This document shows positions 26,321-39,284 of a stretch of 64,000 bases of DNA, in pieces. The position numbers were made by a program, and so were the translations under genes. Numbering within the stretch: the stretch's first letter is position 1; every line of letters begins with the position of its first letter. Source of the stretch: Octopus sinensis (taxonomy: Eukaryota). A model generated the notes under the pieces. That model was given only the letters and a program-made list of their open reading frames with translations, searched no databases and was not told the origin of the DNA. The stretch lies in assembly GCF_006345805.1 (NCBI RefSeq), contig NC_043012.1, positions 10,106,001-10,170,000 on the forward strand, read 5' to 3'.

Positions 26321-27395
26321 CTATATTTTTAAATGTCTTACTTTGAAAAATTGCATTCGGTGGGATTAGTAATATTTTTGGTAGAAATGACTGATTGTCC
26401 CTCTTAGCGTTTGGCATGTATGTATAATGCCTCCTGGCATGTATGTATAATGCCCTCTATATATAAATTAATATTTATATATATATATATTTTAAGGCCG
26501 CAAATTACTCACACGCTGCAACTTTCAGAGATCGTCGCTAATTTAGTTCTTAACCAAACTGAAGAATGTTAACATTTGTGAAGAGGACTCGTCCCTAGCT
26601 ACACTTTGGCATAAAATGTTGAGATTTGATCTAGTCTCAAAATTTGTCTCAAAATGTTGTGAGGTAAAATATCATGACAAAAAAAAAAGAAGGCAAAAAA
26701 TTAGATTTTTTCCAAAACTCGATAATGCTCAGTTGGCATCGATTTTTGTGAGCTCAATCGGGAGTTTGAAATGAAATTCCCATAACGATGTCATTTTGTC
26801 TGAAGCTTTTGCATTATCTGATTTTGATGAAAATCGATAAGTGGCCGAGGTTCAAGGCAGTGAGTTGATGTCAGTGTATGGCGTTGACAAAAGAATTGAT
26901 AATTGCGCCTGAGCAGTGCTTTATAAAACTAATAGGCTTCGTGCGAGCAAATACTCATAGGGATTTTATTTTTGGCCGTGTCTTTTATACTTTTAACTTT
27001 TATACTTGAGATTTAGATAAATTTTGTGGTTGGGGAGACGCTCAAGGTGTTGATTTAATTCCAGAGGAATCGGAATGGCACAGTAGTATATCAGCTTTTT
27101 TCAGAGACTATTTTATCGATTTTTAAGATATGTTACACGTGATTACAGTTCATGTCCATACGTTGAATGTGGCATGTAAAGTTGACAAAAAATCGATGAT
27201 TGTGCGTCAGCAAGGGAATATATCATAAAATATATAATAGACATGTTGCATGCAACTGAAGTACACTACAATAAACCCGGGAATTTTTGGGTACCTCTGC
27301 TAAAGTACCTCGAACATGACGTCATCCGTAACATTCAGAAAGAAATTTCATCAAGCAACAGTTACAACGGCATAGGCTTATCCTTAACACAAAAA

Positions 27396-27424
27396 ACCCG
27401 AGCAACGCCGAGTACATTAGCTAG
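27396..27424 (+). mobile_element. Helitron-like 3' terminus
   Basis: ACCCGAGC AAC GCCGAGT hairpin followed by CTAG|T; same terminus as 61757-61785. 5' end not located (possibly ~26495). Confidence 0.6.
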
Positions 27425-27537
27425 TGTATATATATATAATTTTAATCCAAACGGGAAAACAAAAAAACAACAACAGTGGAACAATTACAGTATTATTATT
27501 AATAGGCGCTCAGGAAATATGGAAGCAGATATATATA

Positions 27538-27540
<3 letters not shown>

Positions 27541-27588
<48 letters not shown>

Positions 27589-27696
27589 ATATACATACAT
27601 GTGTATGTGTCTGTGTGTTTGTGTACGTTTGTATATGTGAGTGCACGTTTATGCAGAAATATACATTGTGTTATATATATATATATATTTATATAT

Positions 27697-27749
<53 letters not shown>

Positions 27750-27835
27750 CATATACATACATGTGTATGTGTCTGTGTGTTTGTGTACGTTTGTATATGT
27801 GAGTGCACGTTTATGCAGAAATATGCACTGTGTTG
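27541..27835. repeat. Two tandem copies of a ~160-bp microsatellite-containing unit
   Basis: (TA)n-CATGTATG...GTGCACGTTTATGCAGAAATAT.CA.TGTGTT repeated twice. Confidence 0.85.
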
Positions 27836-27998
27836 TCTTAATACAGAGATAGATGTCTCTATACATTCATAATTCTGAAAGCACTATCGAAGGTTTGAAT
27901 ATTGCAGGTGTTTCAAGGGATACAAATTAAATTTACTGCCGGCGGTAAATCTATTCTTTCGAGTGTTAACAACGCAATGGCTATATTATTATGTCAAA

Positions 27999-28037
<39 letters not shown>

Positions 28038-28173
28038 GCTGCTGCTGCTGTTGGTGCTACTACTGCAACTGCTATCTTGTTGAAGTATGCCGCGTTATGT
28101 AGCAATTGAATCTAAATCATAGCATGTTCACATATAATGCGCATATATAGACATACATACATACCCCCTACAC

Positions 28174-28233
<60 letters not shown>

Positions 28234-28569
28234 TTATATTTATATTTATATATATATACACGCACAGTCAAAGATATATGTATAAATATATATTCAATCA
28301 TCCCATAAATAATGCGGATCTTCAATTGCATGAAAGAAACGTCGGAGGGGGGACAGGATAAACTACTTGCATCAACTTACTATAAAAGCAGGTTGTAATT
28401 TTACCTTCTGATTCTTAGTGCAGATTTTGAAGTGTGCAGTTCGATTTTAACGGTTATTTTTTCAAAGCTATAATTGAATTGACAATTATATATTCGGCAT
28501 ATTTTGCTTTATGTGTTCAATAAAGGCAACAATGCAACTGTAAGTGAAATGTATATCGAAGCAGTATAT

Positions 28570-29456
28570 GAGGATCGGACAATAAGCAAACTGGACTCTC
28601 CTACCTTTCACAAGAGATGACACAGGTGGTAATTTCTCATATATTTGCATTTTGGTTGGATGGCGCTTCCACGAGAGATTTTGAGCTCTCATAAGGAGGC
28701 GAGTGTAGGTTCCATCCAACCGCCTCTCAAGCTTCTTTGATAACGTCCAGGTTTCTGAGCCATATAGTAGAATTGGTTCGACTGTGGCTTTGAATATTTC
28801 AAGTTTGAAGTCTCTACTTAGATTTGATGACCAGATCTTATGCATGTCATTACAGGCTGACCAGGCCATACCCTTTCTAGTTAGAAAGTCTTTTCCAGAT
28901 GATGATATGTATGACCCAAGATATTTATAATCAGAAACCATATTTAAAGGCGCACTGTTGAGAGTGTGGATGATGCAATCACTGTTGGACAGGCACTTGT
29001 TTATGTATTCAGTTTTGGCCTCATTGAGGTAAAGACCTACACAATTTGAGGCTTGTTCAAGAGATTGTAAAAGAGACTGGGCATTGGAGAGAGAATCACT
29101 GATAAGAGCGATGTCGTCAGCAAAGTCAGTGTCTGTCAAGTACTCAGCTGGGTGTCTGGAACTTGTTCTTGGTTTTATTTCAAAGCTCTTGCCAGAGATG
29201 GTATCAACTGACATACGTAGCACATAATCAACAACAATGATGAAAAGAAATGGGGCGAGTGTGTCTCCCTACAGTATTCCGGCTTTGATTGAGAAAGATG
29301 ATGTTTCTCCATCAGGGGTTAAGATGGTTGAAGACGTATCTGTGTAGAGGACCTTGATGGCAGAAATAATTTTGTCTGGTATCCCATAGAGCTTAAGGAT
29401 TTCAAACATCTTGTACCTATCTACAGAATCGAACGCTTTAGAAAAGTCTACATACA
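28570..29456 (-). mobile_element. 5'-truncated RTE/RTE-X-type LINE RT fragment
   Basis: YVDFSKAFDSV...GIPDKII...GILQGDTLAPFLF...DFADDIAL...YKYLGS...ILLYGSETWTL. Confidence 0.9.
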
Positions 29457-29745
29457 ACAAGGATGGTATTCCAAACGCTGGAACAGCTTGAGTAGGAGGC
29501 GATGCCCTACCTACCATAATCGCCGGACATTGGTCCATGTGATTATCGTTTATTCCGCAGTCTTTGCAATCATTTGGACGGAAAAATATGAATTCTGTCG
29601 ATGAAGTCACAACAGTACTGGGTGAGAACTTTTTTCTTTGGCCGACTATGGCAAAATGAGATTCCTTTCTGCATGTCATCACTTTTTGAAATATTAAGAA
29701 TTAAGTGAAAATGTTCAAATTTGGTGTTTTGATGTGATTTTTCAC

Positions 29746-29905
29746 ACTGGAGTGGCTGTGTGGTAAGTAGCTTGCTCACACCAACCACATGGCTCCGAAT
29801 TCAGCCCCACTGCGTGGCACCTTCGGCAGCTATCTTGTAATATAGTCTCGAGCAGATTAAACTTTGTGAGTGAACTTGGTAGACGGAAACTGAAAATGCC
29901 CGTCG

Positions 29906-29961
<56 letters not shown>

Positions 29962-30183
29962 GTGTGTGTGTATGTTTGTGTGTCTGTGTTTATCCCCCAC
30001 CCCATCATAAACTTGACAACCGGTGTTGGTGTGTTTACACCCGCATAACTTAACGGTTCGGTCAAAGAGATCGATATAATTAGTACTAGGCTTACAAATA
30101 ATAAGTCCTGAGGCCATCAGCATGGCCACGGTTAAATACTGAAACAAATAAAAGAATAAAAGAATATAAGAATAAAAGAATAA
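29746..30183 (+). mobile_element. SINE family C
   Basis: Aligns to 61862-62275. Confidence 0.88.
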
Positions 30184-30566
30184 ATCTCATGGTCTACTTC
30201 ACTTGTTCCCGAAAAGAAATTTTTTTTAAAGTTATAAAGCTTTAAACTTTTATCATTTTAACCCAATCAGAAAACAGGATTTGGAAGCTGTCATTTTGTG
30301 CGTGACTCTGCAATAGTAAGATGACAAAACAATAATTTCAGCATTGCGACGATTACACGTATTTTAAGCATTAAATAAGCGAAAATGTCCAAAAATAACG
30401 GGTAAGCAGCGTATATTGTGTAGTGTTATGCGTTCAATATAGGCATTTAATGCGAGTAAACAACACAGTCTTTCAGATTCTTTGGAGTAGAAAAAAACAA
30501 ACTGTAGTCCAGATCGGAATAAAAGAGTACACAACACATTTTGTAGTCCAATTCATCAAAAACGAA

Positions 30567-30599
<33 letters not shown>

Positions 30600-30602
<3 letters not shown>

Positions 30603-31035
30603 GAGTGAGAGAGCAGTTCATGCCATCAAAGTGACACTGGGGTAAAATATACGAAGCCCAGTATACCCATCATGACTACCCGTCTGATAAGGGTACACCA
30701 GGCACATGCATCACAACCATATGTGCGCGCCATGGTGATCTCATATCAAGATAAACAGCACATGACCTTGCAGGTGGAGCCCAGTTAGAATTTTCTTCAG
30801 ATCGAGTAACCCATCCCGCTCAAAAGGTCCCTGAATAAGGGTTGTTTAAGGACGTTGAACGAAACACCCATGTTTCCAGAGGTGAATTATTCAAACCCCA
30901 AAGAATCCCTCTCAACACATGGCTATGATACTCCCCCACTACTTCTGCGTATGATCAGAGATGCACATATCGTCAGCCACTAAGGGACATGCTCAACTGG
31001 TTATGGTCAAACAACTGACAAGCAAATTTGTGGTA
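30600..31035 (-). mobile_element. Short interspersed retroposon-like insert with (AAT)n tail, no tRNA head
   Basis: GC-richer ~430-bp island between triplet repeats, minus strand ending CTCTCTCACTC(AAT)n. Single copy here; family status is inference. Confidence 0.45.
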
Positions 31036-31081
31036 TTTATTATTATTATCATCATCATCATCATCATCATCATCATTATCT

Positions 31082-31290
31082 AAGGTGACGAGCTGGCAGG
31101 ATAGTTATCAGGCTTGATGAAACGCTAAGCGGTATTTCACCGGTCGCTACGTTCTGGGTTCAATTTCACCCGCGGTCGACTTTGCCTTGTATCCTTTCGG
31201 GGTGGATAAATTAAGTGCTAGTTGAGTGCACGAGTTGATGCAAGCGACTAGCCCTTTCCCTTCAAATATATTGGTCCCATCACAGGCCTT
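31082..31290 (+). mobile_element. SINE family B, diverged
   Basis: Head and central domain recognisable. Confidence 0.75.
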
Positions 31291-31414
31291 CTATCTATTA
31301 AAAAGTATTATTTATTATCATTATTATTATTATTATTATTATTATTTTTATTATTGCTATTTTTGTCGTTGTTGTTGTTTTGTTGTTGTTGTTATTGTTG
31401 TCATTATTATTATT

Positions 31415-32130
31415 TATTGTCTTTGCACAGCTTCTAACGCTGGAGATGTACTACGATGCCAGTCGAAATAAAGTAACGCTCCTTAATTTTCGAGCGCTAT
31501 TCGGAGTATTTGAGCAGTCTCAAGCAGTGCTCTCTTCTGAAATGTTCCACACTTATTGCTGCCCCTTTATGTTCCATGTCCCTCTCGGGATTTCTACTCA
31601 CTGTTCCCGTTCCCAGGGCTCCGACAATTAATATTACAACCTTTTACATTGACCACAATTTATCAAGCTCCCAAGCTAACCAGTCATGTCTATCGACTTT
31701 TTTTCTTCCTTATCGCATATCTTTTTGTCAGCTGGGCATGCTGTACCTATGATCCAACACTGTTTGCTTTCTTTCGTAATTAACGCTATGTCTCGTTTCC
31801 TATTATCTATCACATGGTCGCACTGAATCATAAAATCGCATAGTATCTCTGCATTATCATTTTGGATGATGCCTTAGGGTTTATGTTCGTACCGCTTTTT
31901 GCTCTGTCAAATCCATACATTTTGCAAAGTGTCCAATGGACATTCTTTACTATATTGTCATGAGGTCTCTTATATTCTTTCTGGGCTAGTGGCGTATACC
32001 ATGCTGACATGGCATACAGTTTCACCATTTTATCCACAAATTCTACACTTATCCCATTCTGATGTGTTATCTATTCTACATTTGATGTGTAGCAATATTG
32101 TTTTCTTCATTGCTATCTTCACTGTTTGAG
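31415..32130 (-). mobile_element. R4/Dong-like (RLE) non-LTR element, 3' fragment
   Basis: Degenerate CRICG...ETV.H, PLAQKEYKRPHDNIVKNVHWTLCKMYG and downstream RLE region; terminates in TAA/CAA triplet repeats on the minus strand. Confidence 0.8.
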
Positions 32131-33099
32131 AAAAATATTAAGAATGATCTCGTTTGAGATTACAAACATCTTTGGCTAGTTTAACCTTGTTGCGTCCACT
32201 GATCGGATTGGTTAGCATCTAAGCGCTGTCTGTCTCTACTTATTTCGCGCCAGTGTGTAAACTGACCAATCACGGCTTTCGGATAGGACTTTTCATTTGA
32301 GCCATCTTAACTCTTTAAATATGCTGATCATATCACGATTCAACGTCTTTCGGCTTAAGACCTTTTAAGGTCTTGGTCGGAGACCACACAGAGCTTACTC
32401 AACCATGTTCCAGTTCGAAAGGCAGACGACAGCCAAGTCAACCATAATATGAAGACGCTATTGTAAACCAGCGACAGACATAAAGTCATCACCAACATCG
32501 TCTCCATCTACGAAGATTTCAACTTGTACACAAGATAAATACAGATTCAACTCATGCTGTTAGTGTGAAAATCTCACCACGGAAAAACAGTTGCAGTATA
32601 TATATATGAAAGAATATCGATATCAAGAGAAAAATATGCACAACAAGTGACTCAACTAATCTCAGCTCCGAGACACAAATCTTGTATAGAACTCATTATC
32701 GTGTACTACATGAACTGGTAAAATAACTTCATTTAAACTCAAAATGTTGAGACTTCTCTTTATGCTCTGTTGTATTTGCATAAACCTTATTCTGTACTTC
32801 TTTCGCACACACGAACACACAGACACAAATATTATAAGCATGCATTCATGACACAACACTACACTAATAATAACAAATCACTTTGTACACTGTGAATAAA
32901 ATCTATCTTCTCTTTATAATAGTAGAACGGTTTTTGGAGTCCTTATTTCATATACTTTGGCACTGTTCATAAACAAGTATTATGGCTTATATAACATTAT
33001 ATTATATTATGATATTTTATGTTGGGATGCGGCCGTGCGCTGAACAAGAGGAGAAATATGTCACCGAAACACCTCACGTACGGTCGTATTCTAACAGAT

Positions 33100-33300
33100 G
33101 TAATTCGTTCTTCGTGCGAGCTCTTTTGGTCATCCATAGATATCTTTTTCTCTGATTGTCATATCTTCATCATCCCCATGAAATTGCTGATGCATTCTTT
33201 TCTTTATCCACCTATTTTCATTTACATTCCTTCTCAATTGCTTGTGAAGTGCTTTATCTTTGAAATCTTCGATCCTACACAAGCATGACCTTCTTACTTC
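33100..33300 (-). mobile_element. Decayed R4/Dong-like fragment
   Basis: Minus-strand translation W.KKRMHQQF..D.EDM...E.LARRTNYI resembles the R4-clade region preceding the CCHC knuckle. Confidence 0.5.
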
Positions 33301-33320
33301 CAATAATAGTGGTTCTGTGG

Positions 33321-33351
<31 letters not shown>

Positions 33352-34261
33352 GTTGCTGTTGTTGTTGTTATTGTTGTTCGTGTTGTTGCTGTTGCTGTTG
33401 TTATTATTATTATGAGTTGTAATGGAATGCTGTAAGCTACTAAGCTACTTAGTCTCTTGTGATAATCTTTCAGCCAATAAGATTTTAAGTAGTAATGAAA
33501 TACTACCGTTAGCTAGATACCCTTTTAACAACGACTATTTGTGAACAAAATAGAATTACGGTCTTAAAGCTAAACAAATGCAAGCGGAAAATGACAATTA
33601 TTTATTAAGAGAGGTATATAATATTTTGATCAGCTAAATGCGCTGCTAAGCTATTTTCTCAAATTCACATTAAATAATTTTTTACATCGCATAACTATGA
33701 CCAAGTACTACTTCAAGATTAATCCTCCAGTATTTATATTTATGATAGATTGAATGTAATTCTTTGTTGAAACGATAGAAACGGAATTATGTCGGTTCTT
33801 TGACAATCTGAATATTTGAGAGTCTGATATCAAAAGGTTAATAGAGTTCATGCTTTTAGAACCATAGTTCAACAGTCGATTTTCCCAACTTCTTCCCAAC
33901 ATTTATAATAAATAATATAAATGGCATCAAAACGACGTCATGAATGGATTTGCAGAATATTTTCAAAATGTTCATCTCAGCAGTTCATCTATAGCAGTTT
34001 CAAGTTTCAAAACAAGGGCAGCAAGCTCGAAAGAAGGAACTAAGTCGATTACATCAACCCATCTGTTCCAGTGGTACTTACTTTATTGAGAGAAAAGAAA
34101 TAAGTTCAATATCAACCATAGCATAAAGACGGGCGAAATGCCATAAGTTATTTTTTTCGTTTGGCACGCCGTTCTAACAATTCTGTCAGCTAGCGTCATT
34201 GTTTATTGTATAAAATTATTATGGATTATTGTTTGTAAAACATACGACAGATGAAACTGAA

Positions 34262-34332
<71 letters not shown>

Positions 34333-34334
34333 CA

Positions 34335-34506
34335 GGGAGAGTTTACGAAAAAAACAAAAGACGAAGACAGGTGGTGTACACAACAAACAGATGTATTAGT
34401 ATAACGCTCAGGAATAGAAAAAGTCTTTTACGTTTCAAGCCTACGCTCCTCTACAGAAAGGGACACAGAAAAAACAAGGTGAGAAAAATGTGTATTGTGG
34501 CTAACG

Positions 34507-34507
<1 letters not shown>
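34335..34507 (-). mobile_element. Short PLE-like 3' tail fragment with an HHR-derived core (34425-34460)
   Basis: Minus strand: CTTT-CTGTAGA-G-GAGC GTAG GCTT-GAAA-CG-TA-AAAG; flanked by (TAGA)n and (TA)n. A shorter piece of a similar tail lies at ~27445-27525. Confidence 0.55.
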
Positions 34508-34537
<30 letters not shown>

Positions 34538-34538
34538 A

Positions 34539-34647
<109 letters not shown>

Positions 34648-34809
34648 TATATATTGCTTTTTCAGTTCCGCTATATATACTAATTTTGGCTTTATTTATC
34701 CAGTGGGGTCGATAACATATATAACTGCAAGATTGTCAAGACTATGAAAACGTTATTGACGCTTGGTGATGTACACTGATATTTGGAGATTTAGAAGTTC
34801 TAAAACCAA

Positions 34810-35125
34810 ACTCGGGCTGACCAAAGCCTTGTGGGTGGATTTGGTAGACGGAAACTTTAAGAAACCCGTCGTATATATGTATATGTATATATGCATGTGT
34901 GTGTATATGTTTGTATTTCTGTGTTTGTCCCCTGAACTTTGCTTGACAACCGATGCTGGTGTATTTATGTCCCCCTAACTAAGCTGTTCGGCAAAAGAGA
35001 CCGATAGAATAAGTACTAGGCTTACAAAGAATAAGTTCTGGGGTCGATTTGCTCGACTAAAGGTGGTGCTCCAGCATGGTAACAGTCAAATGACTGAAAC
35101 AAGTAAGAGAGTAAATAGTAAGAGT
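34810..35125 (+). mobile_element. SINE family C, 5'-truncated
   Basis: Aligns to the 3' two thirds of 61862-62275. Confidence 0.85.
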
Positions 35126-35224
35126 ATGTTGATGAAACTTTGATTTTCTTATCTATGAGCAATAATATTGCCACACTTTTAATATTACCTTCAAGCTTTC
35201 TTGTTTGGCTTTTTTATGAACTAT

Positions 35225-35835
35225 TTTGCTGCCTTACTGCGTGGTAAGACCTCCTTATAATCGTGATCATAATGTGGGAGGTTTAAGGTCTTGTCTGTAT
35301 TTATATGTCTACTTTGAGCGTGAATACAATTTTCTAATCCGCTTGTGTCGCCTTACCAGCTGTGTCATGCAGGCGGTATTACTTTGGATGTACACATGCA
35401 GTTCTATTGTCGTTTTATAGGATGTTTCAAGTTGGATTATGTCTCTACCTACTTCCTTTCGTGGAAGATGCCTGTGGACGTCTGATTTTGGGTGGTGCAT
35501 CGTTTCAGCAGTTTCCTGGTCTGTTTGTCCATACGCTGAAATTCACTCAGACACCGTTTGATGAGGTTAGGGCTATAACGGTCAACTGTCACCCCCAGGG
35601 AGTTTATAAATGCAGTTCTATTCTGGGAGTTCAACGCAGTGCTCGGAACCATTCTCACACGTCTATAATACTCTTTCCTGATCTTTTCCATTGGTCTTGA
35701 TATAGTGCTGGCGTCTCCTTTTTCTTAGAGCATAACCAAATCTCTCTATTTCCAGATCCAATGTCGATTTTTCCTTAACTCATTCAAACCAGAATATATC
35801 GACTGAGACGATGATGTTGCTTAAATAAAAGGAAC
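35225..35835 (-). mobile_element. R4/Dong-like RT C-terminal fragment
   Basis: EKIRKEYYRRVR...LNSQNR..INSL...RMDKQTRKLL and MHHPKSDV.R..LPRKE.GR.IIQLE. Confidence 0.8.
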
Positions 35836-38177
35836 AGAGCAGACATTTTTGGTCACAACAACCTTCTAGGCTAAATCATCTGTAATCTTCAAATCTTATA
35901 ATGGTGGATTCTTCTTGGTGGCTTTGTTGCATATCGAATAACCAACTCCTGTTTATCTCACACTCTAATGTAAGCCAAGCAATTAAATCAAACATGTATA
36001 CATTAATTACCTCTTCTCTGCTGATTCTTAAATCTCACACATTTGCAATTAGCATTAATTATCATTAACGTTGAAGCTGCTGAATGCACTGACCTCTTTA
36101 TTAGCAACTGACTTGCGGAAGCCCAGATGTTGATTCGTCCGATTCCTTTCGTGAACTGTAACGTGCAAAAGCTGTTCCCTTATTTTACAGTACGACTTCA
36201 GATTTTAATAGGAAGTTGTATACCTTTACAACTACCCCTTATACGCATTCCCTCTGTCTTATCAGCCATTGTCTTCTTTCAGGCGACATATACGGAACTA
36301 AACATTTTGAAATCTCCATCTCTCAACAGCTTCATATCTATCTAATTAGTTCCCGCATAATATACAGACATGTGTCGACGAAATTTCATACTCAACATTA
36401 ATAGTATATATATATATTCCATTTTCGGTGGAATGGATGGCAGTGGTGGTCGATAAATAAGAAATCTACTCCACTACTTCCACAAAATTAATTTACCAAA
36501 AATTTATATATGTAATATGGTAATTGAGATTCTTTATGAAAGAGAGATTTACACTAGGTAAAAATCTATTACATTGCTTTTGTTTTCTGCTCGTAGGTAA
36601 ATAGCTGTAAGATAAGTAAGACTTGATCAGAGGACTGTCTGTGTAACCATAGCACTGTAGAGCAGCGTGATGCAAAAAGCAAATACCCTATAATAACAAC
36701 AACAAAAGTATGCATAATGTGGCTACAAGTTTTTCGACCAGAGTTTAGTGTCTATAGGTTTGTGACACGCTTCCATTCAGATAGGTGGTCATTATAGAAC
36801 CAATAATTTTGAGAAGATAGTTGAACAAGATACAATAGGTAAAATTACATCATTATCACTGTTTGTAATACTTTATAGTCAAGACAAGGAAAATATCAGC
36901 AAGTCTTTCTATCTCATGGGATATGTTGTGAGTTTATGGAGATTCTATTATTAGAAGAACGTGGGTGTGTTTTCATTATACTGACACGCCATAGGCACAT
37001 TCTGCAATCTACATGGGGTGTGTATCTGTACAATACTTCCAAATGATATCATTACCTATTTTATTGGTATTTAACTATTTTATTCGTATAGTTTTTCCTT
37101 TTTTTTTCTTGTTTATTTCGAACAGGAAGTCATTATCTCGTTGTCAGTATATTATCATACATCTGCATAATGCCCTGGGATTTATATATCGATTACATGT
37201 CATTATATTCCAGTTATATCTATAATAATTATTTTAAAGTTGCAACATTAATTCTTTTCACCAATCAGTAAATCCGTATTCCCAAATGCTAAAGTTAGAG
37301 CAATATCATATTTCCAGTTTTTTTTCAACTTATTTGTGCTTGTCACTCACCGATACCTCACTATAATTTTATTTCCCTACAATGGCTAGCTAGAGTATTA
37401 CATAAACAAATATTATTTCATACTGTTAGATTCACTTCAACATTTAAATTTAATTTGTCAAAATATTTTCGTCGCTTTGAGACCGCGACCTGTTCACTGA
37501 CAAAACTTCGTGCTGCATCTCTTTCCAGCACACGATTTCAGATCAAGTCACTCGCTATACAAGTACATCTCCATAATATTTCTTTTTGTTATTGAACAAA
37601 GATCAACATAGTCTTGCTATATGAATCAAATACACTTTTCGCAGAACTGTGTTTGTATTCAAATACAACGAAAACAACATTAAGCAATGATACTTTATAA
37701 CATATATAAAAAATCGATTTTAACTTTGAAACAATTTTACAACTTTAAACATTTATAGAGGTATTGTAATGTCTTTTAAACTAAGTTTAATTTTCAAACG
37801 TCTGATGATGTGTGGAAACTGACTTTAAAGTTGGGAAAATGTCTTCGTACATTGTCACGAATATAATGGTGTTTTAGGTGGCAAAACTACTGTTTATTGG
37901 TTCGCTGTTGTTGAAAACCGATTATGAAGTTTGATATCCCGTTTATACATTACTATGATCATAAGGTCAAACAAACTAATATAATTACTGACAAACTGAC
38001 CTCTTTAGTAAGCTTTGTATTTAGGGAAATTTAAGTATATAAAGTGCTCTGTAGACACTCTAAATAGGTATTATTTGTAATGTAATGAAATATTGTAAGA
38101 AAGACTGTTTATGGGTGTAATTTTATGATGATGATCCCTAATGACCTGAACGTAAAGTATACGTAGTGCAAAGCTGG

Positions 38178-38214
<37 letters not shown>

Positions 38215-38302
38215 TTCTGAATTTATATTATAGTAATAACTCATGGATATACTGATATAAAAAGCAAAAGAGGGAGAAGCAGCATTAAAAATATGATGTG
38301 AT

Positions 38303-38733
38303 GGGATGTTAACTATTCCTGAAATATCTATACTAGTTACATCGTCGGGTCGTCGGCGACTAAACTGGGAACCCAACTAAGCTTGCTTGGTGAGGAGGGT
38401 GATAATTTGACACCCTGAAGGACGATATATAAAACCTGTCATACAGGGCAGAGAAACTCATGTGTAGCCAACGCCCATACAAATATATGTATATATATAT
38501 ATATATATATATTGGCCTACTCGCTTAGCCAGCGGGGTGGAGTCATTCGAAGGCTAAAACAATGCGAACGCATTGTGACCAGCGATGTGTAACATCTCAT
38601 GGTCTGGTCGATCACGTGATCACGTGATATATATATATATATATATATATGTAGATATCTATATATTTATATGTATATATATGTGCATATATGAATATGA
38701 TTATGTATGTATATATATATATATGTAGATATG

Positions 38734-38765
<32 letters not shown>

Positions 38766-38787
38766 ATATATAGATATATATATATAT

Positions 38788-38821
<34 letters not shown>

Positions 38822-38830
38822 CTATATATA

Positions 38831-38886
<56 letters not shown>

Positions 38887-39284
38887 CTATATATATATAT
38901 ATATATAATATATATATATATATAGATATATATATATATTATATATATATATACATACATACATACATACAAACATACATACATACATACATATATATAT
39001 ATATATAAGGCATTGAAAGCTCCGAAGAAAATGCCAGAGGCATGTTGTTATGGTATTGTGGCACACATATAAACCATATTCTTGGGTCATTTCAAAATGT
39101 AACAGCATGTAGACCGTTTGCAATTTTTTCCCTCCATCTCCTGTCTCTGACGAAGAATTTTGCTCGAAACGTAAAACTACCTTCCTTGCTTTCCCTGAAC
39201 GTTTGCAAATACTTTGCATTTACTACGTTCTTGCGTTGTTTTTTTTTCTTATTGTGTTTTTTCTTCGTTTGTTGGGTGGATTTA

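Larger units (their letters stand above)
25432..26474. mobile_element. ORF-less HHR-bearing element: 1.3 tandem copies of a 479-bp unit plus an inverted copy (non-autonomous PLE / retrozyme-like)
   Basis: 25851-26474 repeats with period 479 (25852 = 26331). 25432-25690 is the reverse complement of 25852-26111; 25548-25856 is the reverse complement of 26165-26474. (TA)n on both flanks. Confidence 0.85.

Noticed and set aside
32345-32384. ~18-bp imperfect hairpin
   Set aside because: Isolated and too short for a pre-miRNA, with no supporting context.
36570-36602. Polypyrimidine-TAG|GTAAAT, resembling a recursive splice site
   Set aside because: No host gene or strand established; such motifs arise by chance.
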